The position numbers and the translations under genes were made by a program. Shown piece after piece: positions 19,646-29,627 of a stretch of DNA of 64,000 bases. The notes under the pieces were generated by a model, which was not told the origin of the DNA, searched no databases, and was given only the letters and a program-made list of their open reading frames with translations. Every line of letters starts with the position of its first letter. The stretch's first letter is position 1. This DNA is from Pseudomonadota bacterium (lineage in GTDB: Bacteria > Pseudomonadota > Gammaproteobacteria > Steroidobacterales > Rariloculaceae): the NCBI GenBank assembly GCA_036337035.1, contig JAYZFC010000002.1, positions 115,051 to 179,050 on the forward strand. Direction: 5' to 3'.

Positions 19646-21157
19646 TTAAATTTCTTCTGTACATGAAACTAAAATTTGCATATTTTCTTTTTCTGGCAAT
19701 ACATCAAAATTTATTCTTACATCTCTGTAGCCATTACGATTTCCTACAATAGTGTAATTACCGGGTCTTAGCTTGATCGTAATACTATCAAATCTACCTA
19801 ATGAACCTTTACGATATAAAATAGTATTGGTAAGACCATCTGAATTAATAACTATGTTAACTGGTGTAGAAGCAAGCTGAATTATTCTTTTTAGAGTATC
19901 TACTTGCTCGGTAATTCTTGTTCCAGCCTGATTTACAGATAATGCTTCTAATAATATTACTTCAGCTTGCTCTAACACCTCATCATCAAATAAAAATCTT
20001 GGATTTTCTATAAGATTATTTAGTTTCTTATCAAGATCATCTCTTAATCTTGATCTCATTAAACCATTTTTTGCAAACTCTAAATTAGGATCAGTTCCTA
20101 AAATTGCCTCATATTGACTAATTGCATTCTCCCACAATTCTCTCCTTTCAAAAGCAAAAGCTCGAGCTTCGACCAACAATATTTCATCAAGCTTCTGGCC
20201 TTGTTCTGCTTGTAAAATTCCTATTTTAGCCTCTTCTGAATTTGACCGCATTAATAATGCCTGACTAAAAAAATTATGGGCTTCATTAAAATCCTCTATT
20301 CCTAAAGATGAGTATCCATTAGATATTAAATTATCGAAAGTATTTTTCTCGATTGTCTCTAGAACTAAATTTAACTCATCTTTAGCCTGTTGCCATTCAG
20401 GATCTATTTCGAGAGCCTGCCTGTATAGCTCTGAAGAAGCTACATATTCTTCACTTAATTCCTTCTCTCTTGCTTGTTCAATAATCTCAAGAACTTCTGG
20501 TAAATTTTTAGCTCTAGCCAATCCATCCAAGGCAATAGAGTTATTCTCCTCAATCTTTAAAACTACCTCAAATTGATTACGAGCAGCTAGGTGATCGCCC
20601 ACATCTAGTGCGTTATTTCCATAACTAATAGAAGCCTGAACAATTTTACTAGCATTCTCTAATAACTCTTCTCCTAAGGCTATAGCTCTTTCATATGAGT
20701 TTATAGCATCCTGGAAATTATCAGAAAGAAAAGCATCATCACCAAAGCTTATTAAATCCAAATATATTAACCAATCATCATTAGCCCATATATCAGGAGA
20801 TAAAATACTAATCTTGCTTTGTTGGCCTATAATATCTGACAGTAATTTTTCTGCAAAAGATCTTAGACGAATAATTTCTTCTTCTGTATAAAATTCTTCT
20901 GATTCATCTACTAAGCTATCTTTTAATATGCTGTTAGACAGAACTTTCTCAGTAGAATCATTATCGTTAGAAATAATTTTCGGTAAAAAGAAAAATACAA
21001 AAAATAATAACGCTAAAAGAAAAAATATAGCTAAATAATATTTATAATAAATAGCTAATGAATTGTCTTTAGTAGATAAACTATTTTTACCTATACTAGG
21101 CTTAACTTCGATGATTGATTTATTTCGAAGGTTCTTTTTTTTAGAGTTATTCTTCAA
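19646..21157 (-). CDS. Single-pass membrane protein with TPR repeats and C-terminal PEGA-like domain
   Basis: N-terminal TM; TPR-like YERAIALG, YRQALEIDPEWQQA, YEAILGTDPNLEFA; C-terminal LRPGNYTIVGNRNGYRDVR. Confidence 0.75.
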   Translation of the reverse strand: MKNNSKKKNLRNKSIIEVKPSIGKNSLSTKDNSLAIYYKYYLAIFFLLALLFFVFFFLPKIISNDNDSTEKVLSNSILKDSLVDESEEFYTEEEIIRLRSFAEKLLSDIIGQQSKISILSPDIWANDDWLIYLDLISFGDDAFLSDNFQDAINSYERAIALGEELLENASKIVQASISYGNNALDVGDHLAARNQFEVVLKIEENNSIALDGLARAKNLPEVLEIIEQAREKELSEEYVASSELYRQALEIDPEWQQAKDELNLVLETIEKNTFDNLISNGYSSLGIEDFNEAHNFFSQALLMRSNSEEAKIGILQAEQGQKLDEILLVEARAFAFERRELWENAISQYEAILGTDPNLEFAKNGLMRSRLRDDLDKKLNNLIENPRFLFDDEVLEQAEVILLEALSVNQAGTRITEQVDTLKRIIQLASTPVNIVINSDGLTNTILYRKGSLGRFDSITIKLRPGNYTIVGNRNGYRDVRINFDVLPEKENMQILVSCTEEI

Positions 21158-22382
21158 AATTATCTAAAGGATCAATAAATATATCAACATCTGACTCAAA
21201 ACCTGTCTCAGATTTATATAATTCTAACAAGAGATCCTTCCACTCCTGATATTGAGCATCAGCTGTCCCAGTTAAACGATGTTGAGTCCCCTCAATTTGA
21301 ATAACCATTGGCATCACCTCATCATCAAAACTTAGTGATAATTCCTCAAGTGTCTGGGTATGCAAGCGCTTCTCCTCTCTTCTTACTCCTGCAGACTTTA
21401 TCATTTCAACACCTGTATACATCATAGTATCTCTTATCACCCTGCTATTAAAATCACCATCACTATTGGAGTCATAAACTATAGAAGCAACTATAGTTGC
21501 TACTCCAATACCAGTTCTCCACCTACTTGACGATTCTAGCTCTTTTATGGCAATTGACTCTTCTCTAGAATATTCTCTCCATCCATCATATGACTCTGTT
21601 GAATTATTATAAAAACCAACATAGTGCTCATTAAGAGTCTCAATAAATGCATGCTCTCTATCTCTAGCTCTCTGAATTCTATTAAACTGTGGATCATCTA
21701 CAGAAGGCAAGCGATTAATTGATATTCTACCTCTACTATTGTTTAAATATCCCTGAAAAGACTCCGGACTAATTTCTTCTGCAAACCTTAATTCTGTAAT
21801 TCTCCTAATATTTTTACCCTCTCCTGGCTCAAGCCTTACCTGTAGAACAGCAAGATCATTTGCAATTCTATTAAAAATATCTTGATATGGGTCTTTATCA
21901 GGATAAATATTTCTATTGAAAGCTCCAGCTGCAGTAAACATTTGATAATTTCTCTTAAGCCAAGTTCTGCCTGAAGCATCTACGGCATGAATATCTAGAC
22001 TAACCCTATCACCATCTGAATGTAATATTTTTCCCATTATCTCAAGATCTGCAATGAGTGATCTATCTGGAGTCACCCAAACTGAACCCCAATAACCACT
22101 ATTTTGGAGCGTATCCCTAAGATGAGTAGCCATATATCTAGATTCTGTTCTTCTTATATGAACAAATGTACCTTCATTAATAAGCTCTTCAAGTAATTCC
22201 TTATCTATTTCTCCTTCAGGAACACCAGAGTCAAATAATACAATCGATACATCTAATAAATCTTCCTCATTTATACTGTTGATAGAAGAGTTTAATGAAA
22301 CTTGATGAGGTATACGAACTTCATTTGATCCGCAACCAAACAAAAATAATAAAAAAAGGAATAATGTCGTTCTATGTATCAT
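21147..22382 (-). CDS. Uncharacterised lipoprotein
   Basis: Lipobox LFGC after a hydrophobic stretch; 411 aa; overlaps the downstream gene. Confidence 0.7.
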   Translation of the reverse strand: MIHRTTLFLFLLFLFGCGSNEVRIPHQVSLNSSINSINEEDLLDVSIVLFDSGVPEGEIDKELLEELINEGTFVHIRRTESRYMATHLRDTLQNSGYWGSVWVTPDRSLIADLEIMGKILHSDGDRVSLDIHAVDASGRTWLKRNYQMFTAAGAFNRNIYPDKDPYQDIFNRIANDLAVLQVRLEPGEGKNIRRITELRFAEEISPESFQGYLNNSRGRISINRLPSVDDPQFNRIQRARDREHAFIETLNEHYVGFYNNSTESYDGWREYSREESIAIKELESSSRWRTGIGVATIVASIVYDSNSDGDFNSRVIRDTMMYTGVEMIKSAGVRREEKRLHTQTLEELSLSFDDEVMPMVIQIEGTQHRLTGTADAQYQEWKDLLLELYKSETGFESDVDIFIDPLDNFEE

Positions 22383-22387
22383 ATTTA

Positions 22388-23425
22388 CTACTGCCTAAGT
22401 ATTATGTTCTTATACTGGTTGTACTCATCCCACAAAGCAGCACGTAAAAATGGATCTTCCTCTTCTGTAGCTGCTTCACATAGTTGTCTTGCAACCTTAT
22501 CCTCGTCTTCACAACCCTCAACTGTATTATTAATATCATCTTCATCATTTCCAGAAATACCTATAACTGGAGAAGCGCCTCTTGATTCACTACTACCTTC
22601 TTGTCCCACTCCTGGTATTCCTGAATTAGCTGGTATCTGGGAAGATGGATCTGAAGAGCTACCTATTGAACTTGCTGAACCAAAAGCTTGATCTGCTGCT
22701 GAACCTATCCCAGAGCTTGCTATTGCCTCTCTTTCGGCACCTATAATTGAATCAAACTCTTCTAAAGATTGGTTAAAAACATCTTCAGCACTAGAGCCTA
22801 TAGTACCTATTCCACTATTTGATTCGCCAAACATTCCTGAATCTGGATTTGATGGATATTGTCCTTGCATGCCTTGTTGACCTTGCTGGCCTTGCATGCC
22901 TTGCTGGCCTTGTTGATTACCTTGTTGACCTTGCATGCCTTGTTGACCTTGTTGACCTTGCTGGCCTTGCATGCCTTGCTGGCCTTGTTGGCCTTGTTGA
23001 CCTTGCATGCCTTGCTGGCCTTGTTGACCTTGCATACCTTGTTGACCTTGCATGCCTTGCTGGCCTTGTTGGCCTTGCATGCCTTGCTGGCCTTGTTGAC
23101 CTTGCATGCCTTGCATACCTTGTTGGCCTTGTTGGCCTTGTTGACCTTGTTGGCCTTGTTGACCTTGTTGGCCTTGTTGACCTTGTTGGCCTTGTTGACC
23201 TTGCATGCCTTGTTGGCCTTGTTGACCTTGTTGACCTTGCATGCCTTGTTGGCCTTGTTGACCTTGTTGGCCTTGTTGACCTTGCATGCCTTGTTGGCCT
23301 TGTTGGCCACCTTGTTGGCCACCTTGTTGGCCCTGACTCTGGCTTGGCATCTGCTGTGTTGCGCAACCAAATATTGCAAATAAACAGATAAATACAAAGA
23401 GATTGATATTCTTATACATATTCAT
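22388..23425 (-). CDS. Lipoprotein with collagen-like (Gly-Gln-Gln/Gly-Met-Gln)n repeat
   Basis: Lipobox IFGC; about 50 Gly-X-Y triplets; C-terminal helical domain [28 protein letters not shown]. Confidence 0.8.
   Translation of the reverse strand: MNMYKNINLFVFICLFAIFGCATQQMPSQSQGQQGGQQGGQQGQQGMQGQQGQQGQQGQQGMQGQQGQQGQQGMQGQQGQQGQQGQQGQQGQQGQQGQQGQQGMQGMQGQQGQQGMQGQQGQQGMQGQQGMQGQQGQQGMQGQQGQQGQQGMQGQQGQQGQQGMQGQQGNQQGQQGMQGQQGQQGMQGQYPSNPDSGMFGESNSGIGTIGSSAEDVFNQSLEEFDSIIGAEREAIASSGIGSAADQAFGSASSIGSSSDPSSQIPANSGIPGVGQEGSSESRGASPVIGISGNDEDDINNTVEGCEDEDKVARQLCEAATEEEDPFLRAALWDEYNQYKNIILRQ
22860..23332. repeat. Coding 9-bp tandem repeat (CCTTGYTGR / CCTTGCATR units)
   Basis: About 50 contiguous 9-nt units; variation lies mostly at synonymous positions of the minus-strand GQQ/GMQ frame. 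Confidence 0.95.
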
Positions 23426-23566
23426 ATTTTAACATTTTCCCAGTAACTACAACGTATAATATACCTTACCGTTGACTAAAAAAAATCTAAATAATAAATA
23501 TTTGTAATATTTTATGGTATGTAATTAAAAAAATCTCATATAAACTGAAATTAAATTATAACTTTC

Positions 23567-24211
23567 TTATCTTTGCCTAACGCTACTATCTACTCCGGTA
23601 TAACGGATGCTTTTCCCATTTTCATCAAGAAATTCTAATGACTGATTAAAAAAGCTTGGAGGATAGCCCTCAGGAGATCTTCCTTCAAGGATATATAAAT
23701 AATTATTATTAATATTATCTTGATTTGAATGGAAATAAATTCCAATATGAGAGATTGAATTATCTGCATTTATTGTGTGCAATTGATGCCCATTTATAAA
23801 ATTAATATGTCCCCAAGCATCATGGGTTATATCTACTCCTCTTGATCTAATATTGCTAGCAGCATAGGCAATAGAACCTTTTCGATCATAAATTGCTAAT
23901 CCAGGGTAATCATCTGTGCCTAGAACATCTGAAAGTTGGCTATATGCCACACTTTCATCTAAATTATAATTAACAGCAGTTAATGAATAAAAGTGATTAT
24001 TATGCTCTGCTGTATAGACTCTACCTGGATAAAAACCTCCCCATTCTGAAGCATATATTATTTCCTCTATCTCTGGTTCATTAGGAAAGTTGACTGAAAA
24101 AAACCATTCTTCATCAGAATAATTAAACCAATCCTGTGATAAAGATTTTCCGAAAGCAAAAAGAGTAATCAGAAAAGCTGTAAAAAAAATATTTATCTTA
24201 ATCATAATCAA
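23567..24211 (-). CDS. Exported hypothetical protein
   Basis: Signal peptide; FSVNFPNEP...YSLTAVNY; overlaps the stop of the upstream PLP enzyme. Confidence 0.65.
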   Translation of the reverse strand: MIMIKINIFFTAFLITLFAFGKSLSQDWFNYSDEEWFFSVNFPNEPEIEEIIYASEWGGFYPGRVYTAEHNNHFYSLTAVNYNLDESVAYSQLSDVLGTDDYPGLAIYDRKGSIAYAASNIRSRGVDITHDAWGHINFINGHQLHTINADNSISHIGIYFHSNQDNINNNYLYILEGRSPEGYPPSFFNQSLEFLDENGKSIRYTGVDSSVRQR

Positions 24212-25386
24212 AAAATTGTATCAAATGATTTCTTTAAATCTAAAATTAAATCATCTATGTGTTCTAAACCTATTGATAGTCTTATTGTACTTTCAATTAT
24301 ACCAGATAACTCAACTTCTTTTTTAATAAAGTCTTTAGTAAAAAAAAGATGGGCTGGAATCGCTAGTGATTCAGGTGACCCCAAGCTTGAAGCAGTTATA
24401 AATAGCTTCAATGAATCAATAAAATTCCATGCCTTGTCTTTATTACAATCTAAATGAAAAGTAACAACCCCTCCGTATCCTCTCATCTGCTTCTTCGCTA
24501 AATCATATCCATCATCTTCCTCTAATCCTGGATAGAATACTTTTATTACTTCAGGCCTATTATTTAAAAAATGTGCTATCTTTATTGCATTAGATTCATG
24601 CTTATCTATTCTCAGATGATAAGTTTTTAGCCCTCTCATAATTAAGTAAGCAGTATTTGGATCAAGAGTTGAGCCCATACTAACTGCTAAACCTTTTAAC
24701 TTTTTTATATTTTTCTCTGAAGAGATAACAGCACCACCCATAACATCTCCATGACCACTAGCATACTTTGTTAAGCTATGAACAAAATAATCTATTCCAA
24801 ATTGTCCATGATTATGGAGTCCTGCCCAAGTATTATCCATAATAGTGACTACTGAATTCTTCTTTGCTATTAAACAAATTTCTTCGATATCAGGAATTTG
24901 TAGCATAGGGTTAGTAGGAGATTCAAAAATTAATAGTTTTACTTCATCTTTCGAGAGAGATTTTTTAATTGATTGGATATCTTTTATGCTATGAGCTATA
25001 GAATTAATTCCAAAATTTTTAAGGAATTTCTTTAGCATTACTCTAGTAGGCTGATAACTTTCTATAAAATATAAAACAGAATCTCCAGACTTCAAGTTAC
25101 CGAGAAGAGATAACCAGATTGCAGCCATCCCAGATGATACGCAAATTGAATCATCTCTACCCTGTAAGTCTGCTAACATAAATTCTAACTGTCTTATCGT
25201 TGGATTAGATACTCGACTATATTCAAATCCATCAGCTAAAGACTTCTCCTCTAGAGACTCTTTTAATGAAGGAAAAGAAAATTTAACTGATTGATAAATA
25301 GGACTAATTAGGGATTCATTGCCATCTTGTAACTCTATTTTCTTCTCATGTATTAGCCTTGTATCGCGTTTCATTAATTTAACCAT
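24208..25386 (-). CDS. Cys/Met metabolism PLP-dependent enzyme (cystathionine gamma-synthase/lyase family)
   Basis: YSRVSNPT, SSGMAA, ESPTNP, DNT, HSLTKYASGHGD, IRLSIGLE. Confidence 0.9.
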   Translation of the reverse strand: MVKLMKRDTRLIHEKKIELQDGNESLISPIYQSVKFSFPSLKESLEEKSLADGFEYSRVSNPTIRQLEFMLADLQGRDDSICVSSGMAAIWLSLLGNLKSGDSVLYFIESYQPTRVMLKKFLKNFGINSIAHSIKDIQSIKKSLSKDEVKLLIFESPTNPMLQIPDIEEICLIAKKNSVVTIMDNTWAGLHNHGQFGIDYFVHSLTKYASGHGDVMGGAVISSEKNIKKLKGLAVSMGSTLDPNTAYLIMRGLKTYHLRIDKHESNAIKIAHFLNNRPEVIKVFYPGLEEDDGYDLAKKQMRGYGGVVTFHLDCNKDKAWNFIDSLKLFITASSLGSPESLAIPAHLFFTKDFIKKEVELSGIIESTIRLSIGLEHIDDLILDLKKSFDTIF

Positions 25387-25430
25387 AATTATATTTAGAT
25401 AAGATTATCATTATATAATAATATAAAGAC

Positions 25431-25463
25431 TGATAATAAAATATTACAATTATTTTATTATCA
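25431..25463. promoter_or_regulatory. Perfect inverted repeat in divergent promoter region (possible operator)
   Basis: TGATAATAAAATA-N7-TATTTTATTATCA; AT-rich context lowers its significance. Confidence 0.35.
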
Positions 25464-25488
25464 TATTATCAATAAAAGGGGGTATTTA

Positions 25489-25623
25489 ATGATTAAAAAA
25501 ATTAGCTTATTAATAATTGTTATAGGTATATTAATAGAAATCATATCTCCAATTAATGATATTGGAGTAATTATTGCCTCTATAGGTATCATGATTTATG
25601 TATATAAGTTCTATAAAAAATAA
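25489..25623 (+). CDS. 44-aa small two-helix membrane protein (not in ORF track)
   Basis: MIKKISLLIIVIGILIEIISPINDIGVIIASIGIMIYVYKFYKK; AAAGGGGGT Shine-Dalgarno; stop 8 nt before the cytochrome start. Confidence 0.55.
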   Translation: MIKKISLLIIVIGILIEIISPINDIGVIIASIGIMIYVYKFYKK

Positions 25624-25631
25624 ATCGTTCT

Positions 25632-27899
25632 ATGCTAATAGATATAAAATTTATTAAAAAGAATATTATTTTTTTATTTTTTTTTCTAAGCATTAGCTGT
25701 TCTCAAGATAATGCTCAATTTAAAAAAGAGGATAAAATAATATTTAACTATGTTGGTGGTGAAAAATGTTCATCATGTCACATTGAAGAATTTTCATCAT
25801 GGCAGAATTCTCATCATCAATTAGCAATGCTAGAAGCTAGCCAAGAAAATATTATAGCTAACTTTAATAATAGTAAGTTTAAATATAATGATACAGAATC
25901 AATATTTTATAAAGAAAATGATAAGTTTTGGGTAACAACTGAAAATGAGAAAGGGGAATTTGAAAATTTTGAAATAGCATATACCTTTGGGGTATATCCT
26001 CTTCAGCAATATTTAATTGATATAGGAAAAGGTCGCTTCAATGCTCTAAGTATTGCTTGGGATTCAAGATCTAAAAATGACGGAGGGCAAAGATGGTTTC
26101 ACCTTTATCCTGAAGAAGATATTAGTTTTGATGATCCATTGCATTGGACTGGAACATTCCAAAATTGGAATAGCATATGTGCAGAATGTCATTCAACAAA
26201 TTTAATAAAAAACTATTCCTTATCTGACGATTCATATAGTACAACTTTTAGCAGTATCAATGTTGATTGTGAGTCATGTCATGGTCCAGGATCAGGACAT
26301 ATAGAAAATCCATATGAAAATAAGTTAATTCTGTCAAAAAATGATAATTCCTGGGAATTTGAAATAGGTGAAAAAATAGCTAGAAAAAATATCTCTACAT
26401 TTTCTCATAATGAGCTTAATACCTGTGGGCAATGTCATTCTAGAAGGAGTCAAATTACCGATAATTTTAATCCTGGCGATGATCTACTAGATGGATATCA
26501 AATTTCTTTATTGGATGAAGGGCTTTATCACCCAGATGGTCAAATTCAAGATGAGGTGTATGTTTATGGATCTTTTTTACAGAGCAAAATGTATCAAGCT
26601 GGTGTTACATGTTCAGACTGTCATGATCCACATTCAGTTGAACTAAAGTTTGAAGGGAATGCTTTATGTGGACAATGTCATTTAGCTAGCAGTTACGATA
26701 ACCCAAAACATCATTTTCATCAACAAAGTGAAGAAGGTGCATTATGTGTTAATTGCCACATGCCTTCAAAAACATATATGGTTGTTGATCCTAGGAGAGA
26801 TCATGGATTTAAAATACCAAGACCAGATCTTTCTTTAGACCTAGATGTACCTAATGCTTGTAGCTCTTGTCATGAAGAATATACAACTCAATTCCTTGCT
26901 GATAAGGTATCTGAATGGTACCCACAAGGGGTTCAAAATGATAAGCATTTTTCTTATGCTATTCATGCTGGAAGAAATTGGGGAGAGAATGGAAAAAATG
27001 AGCTAAAGACAATAATCCAAGACAATAATATCCCAGCAATCATAAAAGCAACTGCGGTTAATTTATTAAGTAGGCAAATAGATGATCAAGTAATTGATAT
27101 TATTGAAATGTCATTAAGTATTGATGAGCCAATAATTCAGCAATCAGCATTAGATGCACTAGATAATGTACAATTAGATCAGAGAATAAATCTAGCACAA
27201 AAATTTCTTACTCACCCTCTTAGGTCACTAAGGATTTCTGCTGCTAGAGTATTGCTCCCTGTAGCAAATAATTTAAATGAAAAAAGAGTTATTGATTTTA
27301 ATAATGCCTTTAAAGAATATCAGGATGCACAAATCTTTAATAGTGATAGAGCTGAAGGCTTGATAAATCTATCTAATATAGCCCTGTATCAAAATAACTT
27401 AAGTGAAGCAGAAAATATTTTAAATAGAGCTATTAATAATGAAAATTACTTTGCTCCAGCTTATATTAATCTAGCAGATATTTATCAACAAACTGGAAGA
27501 AATATAGAAAGCATTCCTTTACTAAATGAAGCCATTGAGAATAATGTCTTAGATTCTAATTTATATTATTCTCTTGCACTGGCCTATGCTAGAAACAACC
27601 AATACAAAGAATCAATTGATAACCTAACAAAAGCTGTAAATATCTCTCCTAATGATCCTAATCTACATTTTGCGATGAATATTGCACTCAATGATTATGG
27701 CGACAAGGAAAAGGCTATTAATAATCTAGAAATAGCACATCAAAAATTTCCAGAGTATAAGCCAATAATTTTAGCCCTAGCGACAATCAATAGAGACTTA
27801 GGGCAAAATGAAAAAGCTATAAATTATGCAATGAAATTATTAAAAATATCTCCTAGTGATAGAAGTTATCAAAACTTACTTAATAGCTTAAAGCAATAA
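25632..27899 (+). CDS. Multiheme (8 x CxxCH) c-type cytochrome with HEAT/TPR C-terminus
   Basis: CSSCH, CAECH, CESCH, CGQCH, CSDCH, CGQCH, CVNCH, CSSCH; lipobox-like LSISC; TPR repeats. Confidence 0.9.
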   Translation: MLIDIKFIKKNIIFLFFFLSISCSQDNAQFKKEDKIIFNYVGGEKCSSCHIEEFSSWQNSHHQLAMLEASQENIIANFNNSKFKYNDTESIFYKENDKFWVTTENEKGEFENFEIAYTFGVYPLQQYLIDIGKGRFNALSIAWDSRSKNDGGQRWFHLYPEEDISFDDPLHWTGTFQNWNSICAECHSTNLIKNYSLSDDSYSTTFSSINVDCESCHGPGSGHIENPYENKLILSKNDNSWEFEIGEKIARKNISTFSHNELNTCGQCHSRRSQITDNFNPGDDLLDGYQISLLDEGLYHPDGQIQDEVYVYGSFLQSKMYQAGVTCSDCHDPHSVELKFEGNALCGQCHLASSYDNPKHHFHQQSEEGALCVNCHMPSKTYMVVDPRRDHGFKIPRPDLSLDLDVPNACSSCHEEYTTQFLADKVSEWYPQGVQNDKHFSYAIHAGRNWGENGKNELKTIIQDNNIPAIIKATAVNLLSRQIDDQVIDIIEMSLSIDEPIIQQSALDALDNVQLDQRINLAQKFLTHPLRSLRISAARVLLPVANNLNEKRVIDFNNAFKEYQDAQIFNSDRAEGLINLSNIALYQNNLSEAENILNRAINNENYFAPAYINLADIYQQTGRNIESIPLLNEAIENNVLDSNLYYSLALAYARNNQYKESIDNLTKAVNISPNDPNLHFAMNIALNDYGDKEKAINNLEIAHQKFPEYKPIILALATINRDLGQNEKAINYAMKLLKISPSDRSYQNLLNSLKQ

Positions 27900-27907
27900 T
27901 ATAAATA

Positions 27908-28243
27908 ATGTTTCACCTATTTCTTCACCTATTAATACCTCTTATAATTGCATTAGGATTTTATAAAAAAAATTGGTTAAAGCCATTTCTTATAATGATG
28001 ATGGGTATGATAGTTGATATAGATCACTTTCTTGCTAGCCCTATCTATGATCCATTAAGGTGCAGCATTGGTTTCCATCCCTTACATACGATCTATCCTA
28101 TTATTGGCTACCTATTATTAACCGTATTTAATAGTACTCGCTTATTCGGAGTAGGATTAATAACCCATATGGTACTTGACTCTATCGACTGCAGATTAAG
28201 TAATGGAGTATGGTTCTACAAAAAAATATTAGACTTCAGCTAA
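27908..28243 (+). CDS. DUF6122-like small membrane protein
   Basis: VDIDHFLA.PIYDP.RCSIGFHPLH and HMVLD motifs. Confidence 0.75.
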   Translation: MFHLFLHLLIPLIIALGFYKKNWLKPFLIMMMGMIVDIDHFLASPIYDPLRCSIGFHPLHTIYPIIGYLLLTVFNSTRLFGVGLITHMVLDSIDCRLSNGVWFYKKILDFS

Positions 28244-28248
28244 AAAAA

Positions 28249-29613
28249 TCAAACTAGCACTAAAAAACAAACAACTGTTATTACTATAGCTCCAATAAAA
28301 TTCAATATGGCACCTTCATAGGTCATTGTTTTAATAGGTATTCGACCAGAAGAAAAAATAACTGCATTTGGTCCAGTAGCAACTGGTAGCATAAATGCAC
28401 AACTAGCGCTTAAAGCTGCTGGAACCATCATAAAGCTTGGATCAATTCCTGCTCCAACACCTGCGGCAGCTAAAACTGGCATGAGAAGAGCTGTTGTAGC
28501 AGTATTGCTAGTTATTTCTGTTAAAAAAGTAACGCTTAAACATATCAAAGCAATTAATATTACAATATTTATTCCGCTTAATTGTGCTAAAAATTCTCCA
28601 ATTAATTGACTTATTCCAGAGCTTACGAAAGCACTAGCAATACAGATACCACCAGAAAACAGAAGTAAGATCCCCCAAGGAATCTTAACAGCAGACTTCC
28701 AGTTTAATAAAAAATCTCCATTACCGTTTGGTATCATAAACATAAATGCAGCAGCAAGGAGAGCAACACTTGCATCATTCGCGTGAGGTAAATTAAACCA
28801 TTCGCTCCAACCGCCGAATGGATCAACTCTTGTCATCCAAGCCAGCGCTGTCAAAAAAAAGACCGCTAACGTTCTCTTTTCTTCGTCTCTCCAGCTACCA
28901 ACTGAAGGAATTACAAGCTTTTCGCTAATCGACAAATTTCTTGTTAGCCATATTCCAATTATAGGTATAAAGATTACTACTACTGGTATACCCCACTTCA
29001 TCCAACTAATAAAACTCAACTGGATGCCTGTAGTCTCTTGATAAACTTGCATAAAGATTAAATTTGGTGGGGTACCTATAGGAGTGCCAAGTCCTCCAAC
29101 ATTACATGCATAAGCAATACCCAAAAGAAGAGCTATTGAAAGCTTTGTATCTTTAGAGCTTTCTAAAACTGCTAGAGCAATAGGTAGCAACATCAAACTG
29201 GTAGCTGTATTAGAGATCCACATACTTAAAAAAGCTGCCGCTGCCATAAATCCATAAACAATCCCTTTACCCCCGCCACCAAAAATATTAATCATTCCAA
29301 GAGCAATCCTCCTATGAGCTCCACTTTTTTCCATAGCCATAGAAAGCATAAACCCTCCTAAATATAAAAGAATCAATGGGCTTCCATAAGCCTCGCCAAC
29401 CTCTTTTGAAGACAGGACACCTACTAAAGGAAAAATAGCCATTGGTAAAATAGAGGTAACTGGCATTGGGATTGGCTCTGTTACCCACCAAATAGCACAA
29501 AGGAAAGTTACTCCCGCTGTCCAACATATCTCTGAAGAGTAACCATTAATAGATAGTAATAAACCCAATAGAAAGGCTAGTATTGGAGCAGCTAATAAGA
29601 CAAATAATCTCAT
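28249..29613 (-). CDS. DASS/SLC13 sodium:dicarboxylate or sulfate symporter
   Basis: WWVTEPIP, SMWISNTAT, GTPPN, TEITSNTAT, AFMLPVATGPNA. Confidence 0.92.
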   Translation of the reverse strand: MRLFVLLAAPILAFLLGLLLSINGYSSEICWTAGVTFLCAIWWVTEPIPMPVTSILPMAIFPLVGVLSSKEVGEAYGSPLILLYLGGFMLSMAMEKSGAHRRIALGMINIFGGGGKGIVYGFMAAAAFLSMWISNTATSLMLLPIALAVLESSKDTKLSIALLLGIAYACNVGGLGTPIGTPPNLIFMQVYQETTGIQLSFISWMKWGIPVVVIFIPIIGIWLTRNLSISEKLVIPSVGSWRDEEKRTLAVFFLTALAWMTRVDPFGGWSEWFNLPHANDASVALLAAAFMFMIPNGNGDFLLNWKSAVKIPWGILLLFSGGICIASAFVSSGISQLIGEFLAQLSGINIVILIALICLSVTFLTEITSNTATTALLMPVLAAAGVGAGIDPSFMMVPAALSASCAFMLPVATGPNAVIFSSGRIPIKTMTYEGAILNFIGAIVITVVCFLVLV

Positions 29614-29627
29614 AAATTAGTTATAAT

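Noticed and set aside
22860-23332. Possible CRISPR array
   Set aside because: Contiguous 9-bp units with no unique spacers and no cas genes; the repeat lies in frame within a lipoprotein gene
22807-23397. Alternative-frame ORFs over the repeat (NKA/CKV, LVG/LAC, LLA/LHA, TRP/HAR repeats)
   Set aside because: Stop-free by-products of the 9-bp repeat; only the GQQ frame has a lipobox, a C-terminal domain and synonymous-type variation
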